From Cenarchaeum sp. (GTDB lineage Archaea; Thermoproteota; Nitrososphaeria; Nitrososphaerales; Nitrosopumilaceae), in contig OZ242221.1 of assembly GCA_965206845.1 (NCBI GenBank), positions 704,001 to 768,000 on the forward strand: 64,000 nt of DNA, given 5' to 3'. The translations under genes were made by a program, and so were the position numbers. Numbering within the stretch: the stretch's first letter is position 1; every line of letters starts with the position of its first letter. The notes below the pieces were generated by a model. That model saw only the letters and a list, made by a program, of their open reading frames with translations. It searched no databases and was not told the origin of the DNA. Positions 1-9,939 of the stretch are shown piece after piece.

Positions 1-337
1 CAACAGGGCCAAGTCCGATGTGGCCATACCTGATGCGGGCAAGATCATACCGGAGATGCTAGAGGAGATACAGTCCGGCATGCGGGACAGGGCCAGAAAG
101 GCCCTAGAAGAGATGACACACGCAGTATCGGACTATGCCGCGTTTCGCAGCATGATCGAGGGCGGCGGATTCTTTAGGATGCTATGGTGCGGCGGCCCTG
201 ACTGCGAGAAGAAGATCAAGGAGGAGACGGGAGCCGATATTCGCGTCATTCCATTTGACGGCCAGGACGCGCCGGGCACCTGCGTCTACTGCGGGGAGCC
301 GGCGGTGTGCACAGCCATATTTGCCAGAGGATACTGA
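1..337 (+). CDS. proS: Prolyl-tRNA synthetase, C-terminal fragment (gene starts before window)
   Basis: WCGGPDCE..IKEETGADIRVIPF..CVYCG..FARGY is the C-terminal Zn domain of archaeal/eukaryote-type ProRS. Confidence 0.93.
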   Translation, partial: NRAKSDVAIPDAGKIIPEMLEEIQSGMRDRARKALEEMTHAVSDYAAFRSMIEGGGFFRMLWCGGPDCEKKIKEETGADIRVIPFDGQDAPGTCVYCGEPAVCTAIFARGY

Positions 338-620
338 GCACATGTGAGACGTGAGCCATTCTGCAGAGCCTGTGGCGCCATCTCAAGGCGCGTGGCATGT
401 GGACGAATCAATGGTGCCGAAAGTCTGGGCGGGCTCTTCGTAAAACGCGGGTAATGGAACCGTCGTCTCCGTTCCGTTGACTACTGATCCTGTCCCTCCA
501 CAACGACCGAATCTCCCCCGATAAAGAACCGGATCTTCCTCGGATTGCCAGCGCCAAGGCGGGTCATCTCGAACCATCGCGCACAAGAACTAATAATGGC
601 CGCGCCGGACTCAGAGCCGT

Positions 621-1928
621 ATGGATACCGTATCCAGGCATCCCGACAGCGCGCTGGTAGACCAGTTCAGGCAGACCCGGAGCAGAACTCTGGAGCTCGT
701 CAGGAATCTTGCACCAGACGACTATGTGGTCCAGACGGCGCCCTACACAAGCCCGATCAAGTGGCACGTTGGGCACGTAAGCTGGATCTACGAGGCCGTA
801 ATGCGCAAGATATCCCCGGATTACGAGTTCTACTCCGACGACCTCTCAGGGTACCTCAACTCTTACTATCAGCAGTTTGGCGTGCCTCACGACAAGGCCA
901 GGCGCGGCATAGTCTCCAGGCCCACCCTGGACGAGATCCTCCAGTACTTTGATGCCACCAGCCGGAGGGTGGCAGAGTTTGTCCAGGAGAGGCAGCTGAA
1001 AGACGGACAGACCCGGTTGATGACGATGGGGATCCACCACGAGTGCCAGCACCAGGAGCTGATGACATACGACCTGCAGCACCTGCTGGCCGGAAGTTAC
1101 AGGCCCGCGGAGAGGCTCAGGGCACCACGGCCCACCGTATCGCACAAGGAGCCTGCGCGCGTCCGCGGCGGCCTGTACGCGCTGGGTTACGGCGGCGGCG
1201 ACTACTGCTACGACGTCGAGCTGCCAGAGCACATGACGTACCTGGAGGACTGCGAGATCGACGCGTTCCCGGTCACCAACGGGCAGTACATGCGGTTCAT
1301 CGAGGACGGCGGGTACGGCAGCTACCGGTTCTGGCTCTCAGACGGCTGGGAGAAGGTCAAGGAGAACGGCTGGAAGGCCCCCATGTACTGGGAGAGGGAG
1401 GACGGCGCGTGGCTGCGCGACGGCTTTTCTGGAAGGAGAAGGGTAAACCCGAATGAGCCGGTCTGCCATGTCAGCTTTTACGAGGCGGACGCATACTGCC
1501 GGTGGGCTGGCGGCAGGCTTCCAACGGAGGCAGAGTGGGAGAAGGCCGCCTGCTGGGACGAGCAGAGGCAGAGAAAGACGGCATTTCCCTGGGGCAACGA
1601 GCCTGCAGGCGCAAGATACGCCAACCTGCTGGAATCGTACATCTGGCAGTGCACGGAGATCGGATCGTACCCGGACGGGGCCAGTCCGGCTGGGTGCCAC
1701 CAGATGATCGGTGACGTCTGGGAGTGGACCGCATCGGAGTTTGTGGGGTATCCCGGATTCAAGACGGGCTTTGAGGAGTACAACGACAAATGGTTCACAA
1801 ACCAGAAGGTCCTCCGCGGGGGCTCCTTTGGGACTCCGGCCGTCTCGATCCGCGGAAGCTACAGGAACTTTTTCAGGCTGGATGAGCGGTGGCTCTTCTC
1901 CGGATTCCGGTGCGCCCGGGACGTCTAG
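621..1928 (+). CDS. egtB: Ergothioneine biosynthesis sulfoxide synthase
   Basis: DinB-like N-terminus (SPIKWHVGH), iron motif HHECQHQE, FGE-sulfatase domain (RLPTEAEWEKAA, GDVWEW, VLRGGS, FSGFRCA). Confidence 0.93.
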   Translation: MDTVSRHPDSALVDQFRQTRSRTLELVRNLAPDDYVVQTAPYTSPIKWHVGHVSWIYEAVMRKISPDYEFYSDDLSGYLNSYYQQFGVPHDKARRGIVSRPTLDEILQYFDATSRRVAEFVQERQLKDGQTRLMTMGIHHECQHQELMTYDLQHLLAGSYRPAERLRAPRPTVSHKEPARVRGGLYALGYGGGDYCYDVELPEHMTYLEDCEIDAFPVTNGQYMRFIEDGGYGSYRFWLSDGWEKVKENGWKAPMYWEREDGAWLRDGFSGRRRVNPNEPVCHVSFYEADAYCRWAGGRLPTEAEWEKAACWDEQRQRKTAFPWGNEPAGARYANLLESYIWQCTEIGSYPDGASPAGCHQMIGDVWEWTASEFVGYPGFKTGFEEYNDKWFTNQKVLRGGSFGTPAVSIRGSYRNFFRLDERWLFSGFRCARDV

Positions 1929-2940
1929 AGGCCAGAACCACGCAGTAGCCGCGGGCATCCTGCCAGGTGCGGCAGATCTCAAGGCCGGCGCCCCTCATCA
2001 TACTCCTGATGCCAGGCACGGTGTACTTGTATGAGTACTCGGTGTGAATCAGCTCGTTCTCCTCCAGATCAAGGCTCAGGCCGGACTTGGGTATGCTCAC
2101 GCTCTGCCTCTTCGTGGATCTGAGGTACATCTCTATTCTGCTGCGGTCAGGATTGAATATGCAGTGGTGCTCAAAGTTATCCGGCACAAAGTTTCCATCC
2201 AGTTCCTCGTTGATCCGCAAAAGCACGTTCAGGTTGAACCTGGTCGTAATCCCCCGGGAGTCGTTGTATGCCCGCTCCAGCACGCCCCTCTCCTTTACCA
2301 GGTCAAGGCCGATGAGGAAGAGATCCGAGGTGTTCATGGTGGAGGACACCTGCCTTAGAAACCCCTGCGCGTCGTGCGGCTCAAAGTTTCCCAGGCTGGA
2401 TCCCAGAAACGCAATAAGGTTTGGCCCCCCGCCGTACCTTCTGACAAACTCCAGGCCGGACTCAAAGGTGTCCATTACTCCGGTAATGCGCAGCCTCGGG
2501 TACGCCTCCAGCAGATCAAGCGAGCTCTCACCCAGTATCTCAGATACATCAATTGGAAAGAACTCCACCCCGTCCTGCATTCCGTCCAGCACATCCAGGA
2601 TAAGCCGCGTCTTGATCGCCGAGCCGCTTCCCAGCTCCACCAGCCTATAATTGTGGTGGAGATACCCGGGGAGCTCGTCTTGCATGCGCTGCAGGATCTT
2701 GATCTCGGTTCTTGTGAGGTAGTACTCTGGCAGCTGGCATATCTGATCAAAGAGCAGGGAGCCTGCCCTGTTGTAGAAGAACTTTGGGTTCAGGGATCTG
2801 GGGCGCCGATCCATGCTGCGGGACACCTCCCAGGCAAATGACATCTCCCCGCCGGTGCTGTGGGGCCTGTAGTAGCAGAGCCGCGGACTTATGCTGTGCT
2901 TCTGGTAGCCAGGAGATCCCTGGATCGTTTTGGATGACAC
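1873..2940 (-). CDS. egtD: L-histidine N-alpha-trimethyltransferase
   Basis: PKFFY..GS.LF.QI..LPEYYLTRTE, VELGSGS, FLGSSLGNF, AYND..G.T..FN.N, TEYSYKY. Start set to GTG at 2940 (TTTAAG about 25 nt upstream); the longer ORF call is antisense overlap. Confidence 0.9.
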   Translation of the reverse strand: MSSKTIQGSPGYQKHSISPRLCYYRPHSTGGEMSFAWEVSRSMDRRPRSLNPKFFYNRAGSLLFDQICQLPEYYLTRTEIKILQRMQDELPGYLHHNYRLVELGSGSAIKTRLILDVLDGMQDGVEFFPIDVSEILGESSLDLLEAYPRLRITGVMDTFESGLEFVRRYGGGPNLIAFLGSSLGNFEPHDAQGFLRQVSSTMNTSDLFLIGLDLVKERGVLERAYNDSRGITTRFNLNVLLRINEELDGNFVPDNFEHHCIFNPDRSRIEMYLRSTKRQSVSIPKSGLSLDLEENELIHTEYSYKYTVPGIRSMMRGAGLEICRTWQDARGYCVVLASRRPGRTGIRRRATAHPA

Positions 2941-3202
2941 GTATCGGAGGTCAGGCGTACACCTTAAATGCCTTTTTCTGGAGGAGCGCAGAACCCTTAA
3001 CTCACGCATCCGTTTAGGCCCGTTACGGCACCCAAGCATCATCGATGGTTGCCACGGATGGCTGGTGTTCCCCTGTTCTGCGCCTCCCGCTCCAGTCACT
3101 AATCCGCAGACTCGGGCGGATCTTCGCGGCTGGCCAGATGCGGCAGACCCCGCTTCACGCACGGGAAGACCCTTGATATAGTACGTGCGCAGTATCCACC
3201 GT

Positions 3203-4174
3203 GTGGAATACGTTCTGGAGGTCCAGGGCCTTACCCGGCACTTTGTCAAGAAGGGTTTCTTTGGGGGGCATGTGAGCACCGTGAGGGCAGCAGACGGCGT
3301 CTCCTTCGGGCTGAGACCCGGCGGGGTCTTCGTCTTGGCGGGCGAGTCCGGATCAGGCAAGTCCACCATTGCCAGGATCATCCTGGGCGCCATCCGGCCG
3401 GATTCCGGCAGGATAATCTTCGAGGGCAAGGAGGTGCGCCGGGACAGGAACAGCCTCAAAAGAATCAGGATGGGATGCCAGATGGTGCAGCAGGATCCCT
3501 ACGACTCGATCAACCCCAGAATGAAGATATCCGATATAGTAGCCGAACCGCTGGAGATTCACAAGCTGGGGGATCGGAAGGAGAGGGAGAGGCGCGTCCT
3601 GGAGGTTCTAGAGGAGGTCCGGCTGAAGCCGGCAGAGGAGATTGCGTCAAAGAACCCGCACATGCTCTCAGGCGGCCAGAGGCAGAGGGTGGTTCTTGCA
3701 AGGGCGCTGGCAACAAACCCCAAGGTGATCATAGCCGATGAGCCGGTATCCATGCTGGATGTCTCCATCCGCGCAGAGATGCTGGAGCTTATGCAGAACC
3801 TGCAGAAGAGGCGCGGCATCTCGTTTGTATACATCACGCACGATCTTGCCACGGCCAGGCATTTTGGCGACCAGATCGCAATACTGTACCGGGGCATGAT
3901 AGTGGAGTCGGGGCCCATCGGGGACGTGCTGCTTCACCCAAGACACCCCTATACCAGGGCACTCATCGATGCGATATCCGAGCCGGATCCTGACAACGTC
4001 AACAGAATCAAGGATGTCCGGATCAAGGATGCCGAGGCAGCAGACGTGTACCAGGGGTGCAGGTTCCAGGACAGGTGCCCATATGCAGTAGACAAGTGCT
4101 CCGAGGATCCCGTCCTCGAGTCCGCGGACGGGCGCGGGGTTGCGTGCTTTTTTCCGCTGGACGACTCTGAGTGA
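3203..4174 (+). CDS. Oligopeptide/dipeptide ABC transporter ATP-binding subunit
   Basis: GESGSGKST, LSGGQRQR, IIADEP, HPYT and C-terminal Cys motif (GCRF..RCP). Confidence 0.92.
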   Translation: MEYVLEVQGLTRHFVKKGFFGGHVSTVRAADGVSFGLRPGGVFVLAGESGSGKSTIARIILGAIRPDSGRIIFEGKEVRRDRNSLKRIRMGCQMVQQDPYDSINPRMKISDIVAEPLEIHKLGDRKERERRVLEVLEEVRLKPAEEIASKNPHMLSGGQRQRVVLARALATNPKVIIADEPVSMLDVSIRAEMLELMQNLQKRRGISFVYITHDLATARHFGDQIAILYRGMIVESGPIGDVLLHPRHPYTRALIDAISEPDPDNVNRIKDVRIKDAEAADVYQGCRFQDRCPYAVDKCSEDPVLESADGRGVACFFPLDDSE

Positions 4175-4257
4175 GCATGGCCTGCCCTGAGCCTCGCCGG
4201 CGATGACCGCGCCGGGCAGGAGACACGCGATCCGGAGACATCAAGGAACCCGCAGGG

Positions 4258-7200
4258 CTATGGCGTTATGGAGGACAGCCGCCGGTCCTTGTAGATGACC
4301 AGATGCGATACGCCATTCCTTGGGTACACCCCGTAGATGAGGCCAGCCTTTTGCACCACCGAATCCTTCAGTGACACGATAATGAACTGGCTCTCCCGGG
4401 AGCGCTCCTTGAGAATCTTTGAGAGCCGTTCCGAGTTCGGCGCATCGAGTGCCGCGTCCACCTCGTCAAAGAGGTAGAACGATGAAGGCTTGAGCTTCTG
4501 CAGCGCCAGCACAAAGACGGTCGCCGCCAGCGTCTTCTCTCCGCCGCTCAGTGAGGTGGACTCCCTCTTGGGTTTTGCCGGCAGCTGGACCATGTATGAT
4601 ATTCCAGAGTTGAACAGGTCGTCCTCGTTTTGAATCTCCAGCCATGCGGCCCCGTTCATCATCTTTGGGGATATGGCGCGGATCTCCTGGTCTACGCGGT
4701 CAAAGGCATCCAGAAATGTCTGCCGCTTGTCCTTCTCGACATCCTCGATGAACTTCACTATGGAGTTGCGCTCAGACTCTAGGGAGTTCTTCCTGTCGGA
4801 CATGGAACGGTATCCGTCAGACACCTCCAGGTACTTCTCGGGAGCAATTGAGTTCAGCTTGGGTTGCAGCCTGTTCTGCTCTGTCTGCAGCGCCTCCAAA
4901 AGGCGCCCCACGGTGCCAGCGTCAAGCTGTGGGGCCGTCGAGCCCGCAAGGCGCTGCAGCTCTGCGGCCTTGCCTGCCAGTACCTCCAGATCCCGGGACA
5001 GCGAGTCGGATTTTCGTTTCAGGGAGTTGATCTCGTCTGTGAGCCTCCGGTCCTGCGCGTTGAGCCCCTTGATCCTCACGTCATACTCCCTGAGCTGCTC
5101 CACCGAGCTGCCCGTAGTTGAGATCAGATCCTGCTCCTGCTCCCTCAGCTTGATCAGCGCATCGTTGTGCTCGTCCCGCTTGCGCCCCATTGCCACCACA
5201 CCCTCCTGCAGGCTCGAAAGCTCCGCCGCCAGGCCGCTCCTCTCCGTCTGCAGGGCGCGCATCCTGCGTATGGCCTCTGACTCTCTGGCATCCAGCGAGG
5301 CCAGCCGGGATCTCTCCTCATGGAGTGCAGTCATTACCCCGGACAGCTCTGCCTCAAGCCCCGACTTGAGTCTGCCGAGCCGCTCGAGCCTGTCGCCGAT
5401 CCGTTTCTGCTCCCCCGGTGAGTGCATGCCTTCCAGTATGGCAACCCGCTGCTTCAGGGACTCGACCCTTGACTCCTGGCATATGGAGCGGATGCGGAAC
5501 GCCTCACTTCTCTTCTGCAGCGTGTCCACTCTCGCGTCCAGCACGGTTGTCATCTCTTCGGATCTTGAGATATCGGATTCGAGGCTGGCATGGGTCTGCT
5601 CTACGGCTGCCAGTCTTTTTTCTGCGGCAGACAGCCTGACGCGGTGATCCTCTGCCGCATCGTCCATGAGCTGCAGGGCAGCCTTGCGCTTTTGGCAGTG
5701 CCCCTTGAGTAGGGATATGGATCTCAGCAGATCCTCCACCGAGCCGCTCATGGATATGAGCCGGGTCAGCTTCGAGATCTTCGAGCTCACATCTATCACT
5801 GCTGCTGCCGTCAGCGGCTCAAAGAGCTCGCCGTCCAGGGTGACTGCCCGCACACCGACCTTTGACGCTTCGTACGCCACATCCCGAGTCTCGGTCAGAA
5901 CCGTACTACCGAACAGAAACTCCTTGATCCCCGAGTGCTCCTTGCTGCACTTCACAAAGTTTGAGAGGTATCCCAGCACGCCATCGCCGCTAATGGGCCT
6001 GTGCTTCTGCACCGGCACCCCCTCGTAGGGTATCATCCTTGTCTTTGGCAGTCCGTTGATGCGCGCGTACTCGGCAAGACCCAGCAGCGTCTCAAAGTCC
6101 CTTACCACCACTGCCTTGATCCAGTCCGAGCCCGCTGCCAGCATGGCCCGCTCATACTTTGCGTCCCAGGATATCATCTCGTAGACCAGCCCGTGAATTC
6201 CCAGCTTGTCTGCATTCTCCTTCAGCTTTGAGATGGAATAGTCCTCGTGCATGATGGACTTGATGGTCTTGATCCTGGTTCCGGTGCGGCCGGCCACCTT
6301 GTCAGCCTTCTCAAGGATCGCAGTCGTGTCGTCTATGCCCCGGCGCGCCCTTGCCCTTTTGGGTTCAAGCGAGGCAACAGCGGACTGCTCCTGCCTCACC
6401 TCGTCTTGGCGCCTTGCAAGCATGGCATCCAGCCTGCCCTTTAAGAGCCCCATTTGGGCGTACTTTGCCTTCAGGTCGGAGCTCTTCTTTGTGTTAGAGC
6501 TGACTCTCTCAGCCATATCCTGCATTTTGGATACGGTGCTTGAGAGGGAGAGCTGCGCGGATGCGAGCTCCTGGCGCAAGCGGTTGATCTTTTTGTCGGA
6601 CTCGATCTTTCCTTTGCCCAACAGTCCCTGCTCCTGGAAGGTGGCCGTCCACTGTCCCTCCAGGGACTGGATCTCTCGGCCGAGCCTACCGCGGTCTTCG
6701 TCTGCCTTGGCTAGCAGATCATCCCGGGTGCGCCGTTCATCCTCAAGGGATGCCTTCTGCTTGCCCAGATCCTCTTGGGACTGGTCGATCTGCGGGAGCC
6801 GCTGCCGTATCTGGGAGATCCGGTTCTGTGCAGTCTTCAGCTCGTAATCTGCCTCCTGGTGCTTGATGAAGGCCCCGCTGATACTCCTCTCCAACTCTGC
6901 CTTTGCCTTGCTGTGTGCGTCTGCACGGCCCATCGAGTCCCCCTTCTCCTTCTCCAGCGCGGCAACGCTTTTGCGGATGTCGCTGCGCCTGCCTGTCAGC
7001 TCGTCTGTCTTGCCTGTGATCTGGAGCTGCTGCCTCTTCTGCTCCCGCCTCTGGGCGGTTACGGCGACCAGATCGTTTGCAGCAGATATAGCCTTTAGCC
7101 TGTCTATGTCTGCGCCCAGCATGTCGTAGCGCAGCTTGTGGTTCCGCTCCTCCTCCAGCTCGTCGATTCTGTTCCTGATCTCGCCCATCTTGGCCAATGC

Positions 7201-7770
7201 GACCTCCAGCCGCCGGTCTGCCAGCTCCAGCTGCTTCTGGGCCTGTTCCTTCTTTTCGTCAAAGTAGTCCAGCCCCACAAGGCTCTCTATGGACTCCCGC
7301 TTCTCCTCTGGGGTAAGCTCGGCGATCTTCATTACGGTTCCCTGCTGTACTGCATTGAGTGGACTCAGGCCAGCGTTTGCAACATCGAGCATGTCCAGCA
7401 TCTGCCCCCGCTGGGTCTTTTTATCATTGACGTAGTAGGTGTTGTTGCCCTTTGTGTCCAGCTCCCTTGTGATCTTTACCCTGTCCGAGTCCACGGGTAT
7501 CTTCCGGTCCGAGTTGTCAAAGTAAACGCTGCACCTTGCCATCCTGACGCCCCGCTGGTCATCGCTGGGTATCAGGGATCGGAGCCGATCCACGCGCATC
7601 ATCTTTGGGCGGTTCTCCCCCAGGGCAAATATTATGGCATCAAGCACGGTGCTCTTGCCGGAGCCGTTGGCCCCGGAGATCGATATCATTCCGGGCTGAA
7701 GGTGCATCGTGGTGTTTTTGAATCCAAACGACTTGAAGCCAAACATCTCCAGCTTTTTGATGTGAACCAA
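4258..7770 (-). CDS. smc: Chromosome segregation protein SMC
   Basis: GFKSF, GANGSGKS, long coiled coils, hinge (VTLDGE), LSGGEK, FDEVDAALD; probable TTG start. Confidence 0.95.
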   Translation of the reverse strand: MVHIKKLEMFGFKSFGFKNTTMHLQPGMISISGANGSGKSTVLDAIIFALGENRPKMMRVDRLRSLIPSDDQRGVRMARCSVYFDNSDRKIPVDSDRVKITRELDTKGNNTYYVNDKKTQRGQMLDMLDVANAGLSPLNAVQQGTVMKIAELTPEEKRESIESLVGLDYFDEKKEQAQKQLELADRRLEVALAKMGEIRNRIDELEEERNHKLRYDMLGADIDRLKAISAANDLVAVTAQRREQKRQQLQITGKTDELTGRRSDIRKSVAALEKEKGDSMGRADAHSKAKAELERSISGAFIKHQEADYELKTAQNRISQIRQRLPQIDQSQEDLGKQKASLEDERRTRDDLLAKADEDRGRLGREIQSLEGQWTATFQEQGLLGKGKIESDKKINRLRQELASAQLSLSSTVSKMQDMAERVSSNTKKSSDLKAKYAQMGLLKGRLDAMLARRQDEVRQEQSAVASLEPKRARARRGIDDTTAILEKADKVAGRTGTRIKTIKSIMHEDYSISKLKENADKLGIHGLVYEMISWDAKYERAMLAAGSDWIKAVVVRDFETLLGLAEYARINGLPKTRMIPYEGVPVQKHRPISGDGVLGYLSNFVKCSKEHSGIKEFLFGSTVLTETRDVAYEASKVGVRAVTLDGELFEPLTAAAVIDVSSKISKLTRLISMSGSVEDLLRSISLLKGHCQKRKAALQLMDDAAEDHRVRLSAAEKRLAAVEQTHASLESDISRSEEMTTVLDARVDTLQKRSEAFRIRSICQESRVESLKQRVAILEGMHSPGEQKRIGDRLERLGRLKSGLEAELSGVMTALHEERSRLASLDARESEAIRRMRALQTERSGLAAELSSLQEGVVAMGRKRDEHNDALIKLREQEQDLISTTGSSVEQLREYDVRIKGLNAQDRRLTDEINSLKRKSDSLSRDLEVLAGKAAELQRLAGSTAPQLDAGTVGRLLEALQTEQNRLQPKLNSIAPEKYLEVSDGYRSMSDRKNSLESERNSIVKFIEDVEKDKRQTFLDAFDRVDQEIRAISPKMMNGAAWLEIQNEDDLFNSGISYMVQLPAKPKRESTSLSGGEKTLAATVFVLALQKLKPSSFYLFDEVDAALDAPNSERLSKILKERSRESQFIIVSLKDSVVQKAGLIYGVYPRNGVSHLVIYKDRRLSSITP

Positions 7771-7899
7771 CTGTATAGTACCTATACATGCATGTGATAA
7801 TCTTTTACTGGCAAGTTTATTTGACAAACTTGGTAGATTTTTCTTGCCATTTTACCATCACTGCCGGATGCAGTGCGTCCCGCCACGGGTATGTCTGTG

Positions 7900-8994
7900 T
7901 CAGGTGTCGGCGACAAAGTCCTCACAGGCCTGTTTTGCTAGCGGATCAGTCGTCTGTCTGGGGGGGTGCTTCATCAGGTATGCGCATGCAGGGTACACAG
8001 GCCCGCCCACTCCCCTGTCCAGAGCGATCTTTGCCAGCCTTATGGCGTCGATCACAATTCCCGCAGAGTTTGCCTTGTCGTCCACCTCCAGCCTGACCTC
8101 CATATTGTAGGGAATGTTTGCCCACTGTCTTCCCTCGATCCGCATGAACATGAGCTTGGTGTTTCTCAGAAACGGGATAAAGTCAGAAGGGCCGACATAG
8201 ATCTGATCATCGTCAAGACGCTCGTCCAGCTGGCTCTGGACGCTCTCGGTCTTTGATATCCTCTTGCTCACGAGGCGCTCCTGCTCCTTCATGTTCAGGA
8301 AGTCGGTGTTTCCGCCCACGTTGATCTGGTATGTCTTCTCTATCTTCGTGCCCCGGTCGTTGCACAGCCTTGCCAGGGTTCTGTGCACGATGGTGGCTCC
8401 CACCTGCCCCTTGATGTCATCCCCGACAAGCGGAATTCCCTTGGAGGCAAACTTTTTGCCCCACTCCTCGTCGGATGCGATAAATGACGGTATGCAGTTC
8501 ACGAACGCTATTCCCATATCCAGGCACATTCGGGCCCAGAAGCGTGTTGCCTGCTCGGATCCCACGGGCAGGTACGATACGAGTACCTGGACGCCCGTAT
8601 TACGGAGTGTCTCTCTGATCTCCGATGCCAGCTGCTCCGTGGATTTGGAGCTCTTGATGGGCTTGACGCGGTTCTCCACCCAGATTCCCACTCCGTCAAG
8701 GGCGGGGCCCTCGTGCACCATGGCATCCGTCCGGGGCATCTTGTCCTCAGGTATCCAGTTTACCATGTTGGGCTCCCGGTAGATGGCCTCGTTGATGGTT
8801 CTGCCTATCTTGTTCTCGCCCACGTCAAACCCGCACACAAAATCTATATCATATATGCCGTAATCACACAGCCTCTCATGGATGATGCCTATGACCTGCT
8901 GTTCCGGACTCTGCCGGTAGTACTCTATTCCCTGTATAAGTCCCGAGAAGCAGTTGCCGATTCCCACCAGGCCGACCTTGATCCCCTCAACCAT
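7900..8994 (-). CDS. ino1: Myo-inositol-1-phosphate synthase
   Basis: GIGNC, YLPVGS, GDDIKGQVGAT, GGNTDFLNM, SKRISKT, DKANSAG. Confidence 0.93.
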   Translation of the reverse strand: MVEGIKVGLVGIGNCFSGLIQGIEYYRQSPEQQVIGIIHERLCDYGIYDIDFVCGFDVGENKIGRTINEAIYREPNMVNWIPEDKMPRTDAMVHEGPALDGVGIWVENRVKPIKSSKSTEQLASEIRETLRNTGVQVLVSYLPVGSEQATRFWARMCLDMGIAFVNCIPSFIASDEEWGKKFASKGIPLVGDDIKGQVGATIVHRTLARLCNDRGTKIEKTYQINVGGNTDFLNMKEQERLVSKRISKTESVQSQLDERLDDDQIYVGPSDFIPFLRNTKLMFMRIEGRQWANIPYNMEVRLEVDDKANSAGIVIDAIRLAKIALDRGVGGPVYPACAYLMKHPPRQTTDPLAKQACEDFVADT

Positions 8995-9039
8995 TCACGT
9001 TCCTTCTTGCTGTGCTTGGTTTAAAGCTTTCTTGAGCGC

Positions 9040-9130
9040 TAGTTTGTTGCACAACCATCTCAGCCGTGCCTGGATGGTTGCCGGGCAGCAGGCATTTCGT
9101 GCCTGTGATTCGAGGTTATGCAACAAACTA
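9040..9130. mobile_element. Putative ~90-bp MITE with TA-flanked inverted ends
   Basis: TAGTTTGTTGCA...TGCAACAAACTA perfect 12-bp inverted repeat, with internal hairpins caaccatc/gatggttg and caggca/tgcctg. Confidence 0.55.
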
Positions 9131-9430
9131 TTGGGCTCTGCGGCCATGTCCGAGCCGGTCCCGTGCTAGGCAAGGGAAGCCGTGATGCGATCCGCCAAGG
9201 TGCATGGCAGCGTCTGCCGCGTATGCCACGCAGGGAAGGTTTTCAGGCATATGGCCCGACAAAGGCATGTGAACACTTTATCGTGATTTTAGGCACGGTT
9301 TGCTGCCGCATTGCCTGCTGACTCGGTGGGAGGTCAAGGCAGCACGGACCCGATGCCGGCAGTGCCTCCGGCTCATGCCTGCACGCATAGCAGGCAGTTC
9401 AAGATATATCAGACACCTTCGCAGGACGGA

Positions 9431-9586
9431 GACAAGAGACATGATCCGCAATTAAGAATCGGGTCTTCGATGCCCATAATCTTACAGATGTGCGCTCCAA
9501 AGCATGCAACTTTCGTATGATTATGCCAAAGATCGTGCTCTAATGTGCCTGCGTGCTAATTACGAATCACATCTCAGGATGACAAG
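9431..9586. repeat. ~150-bp palindromic repeat, copy 1 (MITE-like)
   Basis: 9431-9574 is identical to 16086-16229; imperfect terminal inverted arms; ACAAG at both ends. Confidence 0.85.
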
Positions 9587-9939
9587 CAAAGCGGCAGGTC
9601 CGTGTACTGGTACGAGTTATGGAAACGGATGCCGGACATAACCGCGTGCTTTGCGCCATTGTAGGCGCAATAGCAAGGCCGAACGCCACCTTCAGGACAA
9701 TATCCCATGACCCAGACCGCTACTTTGCATCATCTGTGGCAATATTTGCGGCCGTGTGTCTTGTGTCCGCTCTGCCGCTTCCCAACGCATGGTTCGAGTC
9801 TGACGATGGCGCCTTACGTGGTTTTGACGGCGGCGTGGGGACATATGCAAGATCGTTCATCAGCGCCGTCCTGCAGAATTTTCTGACTACTGCCGTAATA
9901 TTCTGGGTTGGAAGCAGGTATGGTGGAAACCGCAAATTT

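Noticed and set aside
525-580. RNase P-like GAGGAAGAUCC (minus) and 5S-like TCATCTCGAACC (plus) words
   Set aside because: Isolated words without the rest of either RNA; the real RNase P RNA is at 35693-35979.
2941-3459. N-terminal extension of the 528-aa ORF (apparent EgtD fusion)
   Set aside because: It is antisense to the ABC ATPase gene and intergenic DNA; EgtD similarity begins near 2940.
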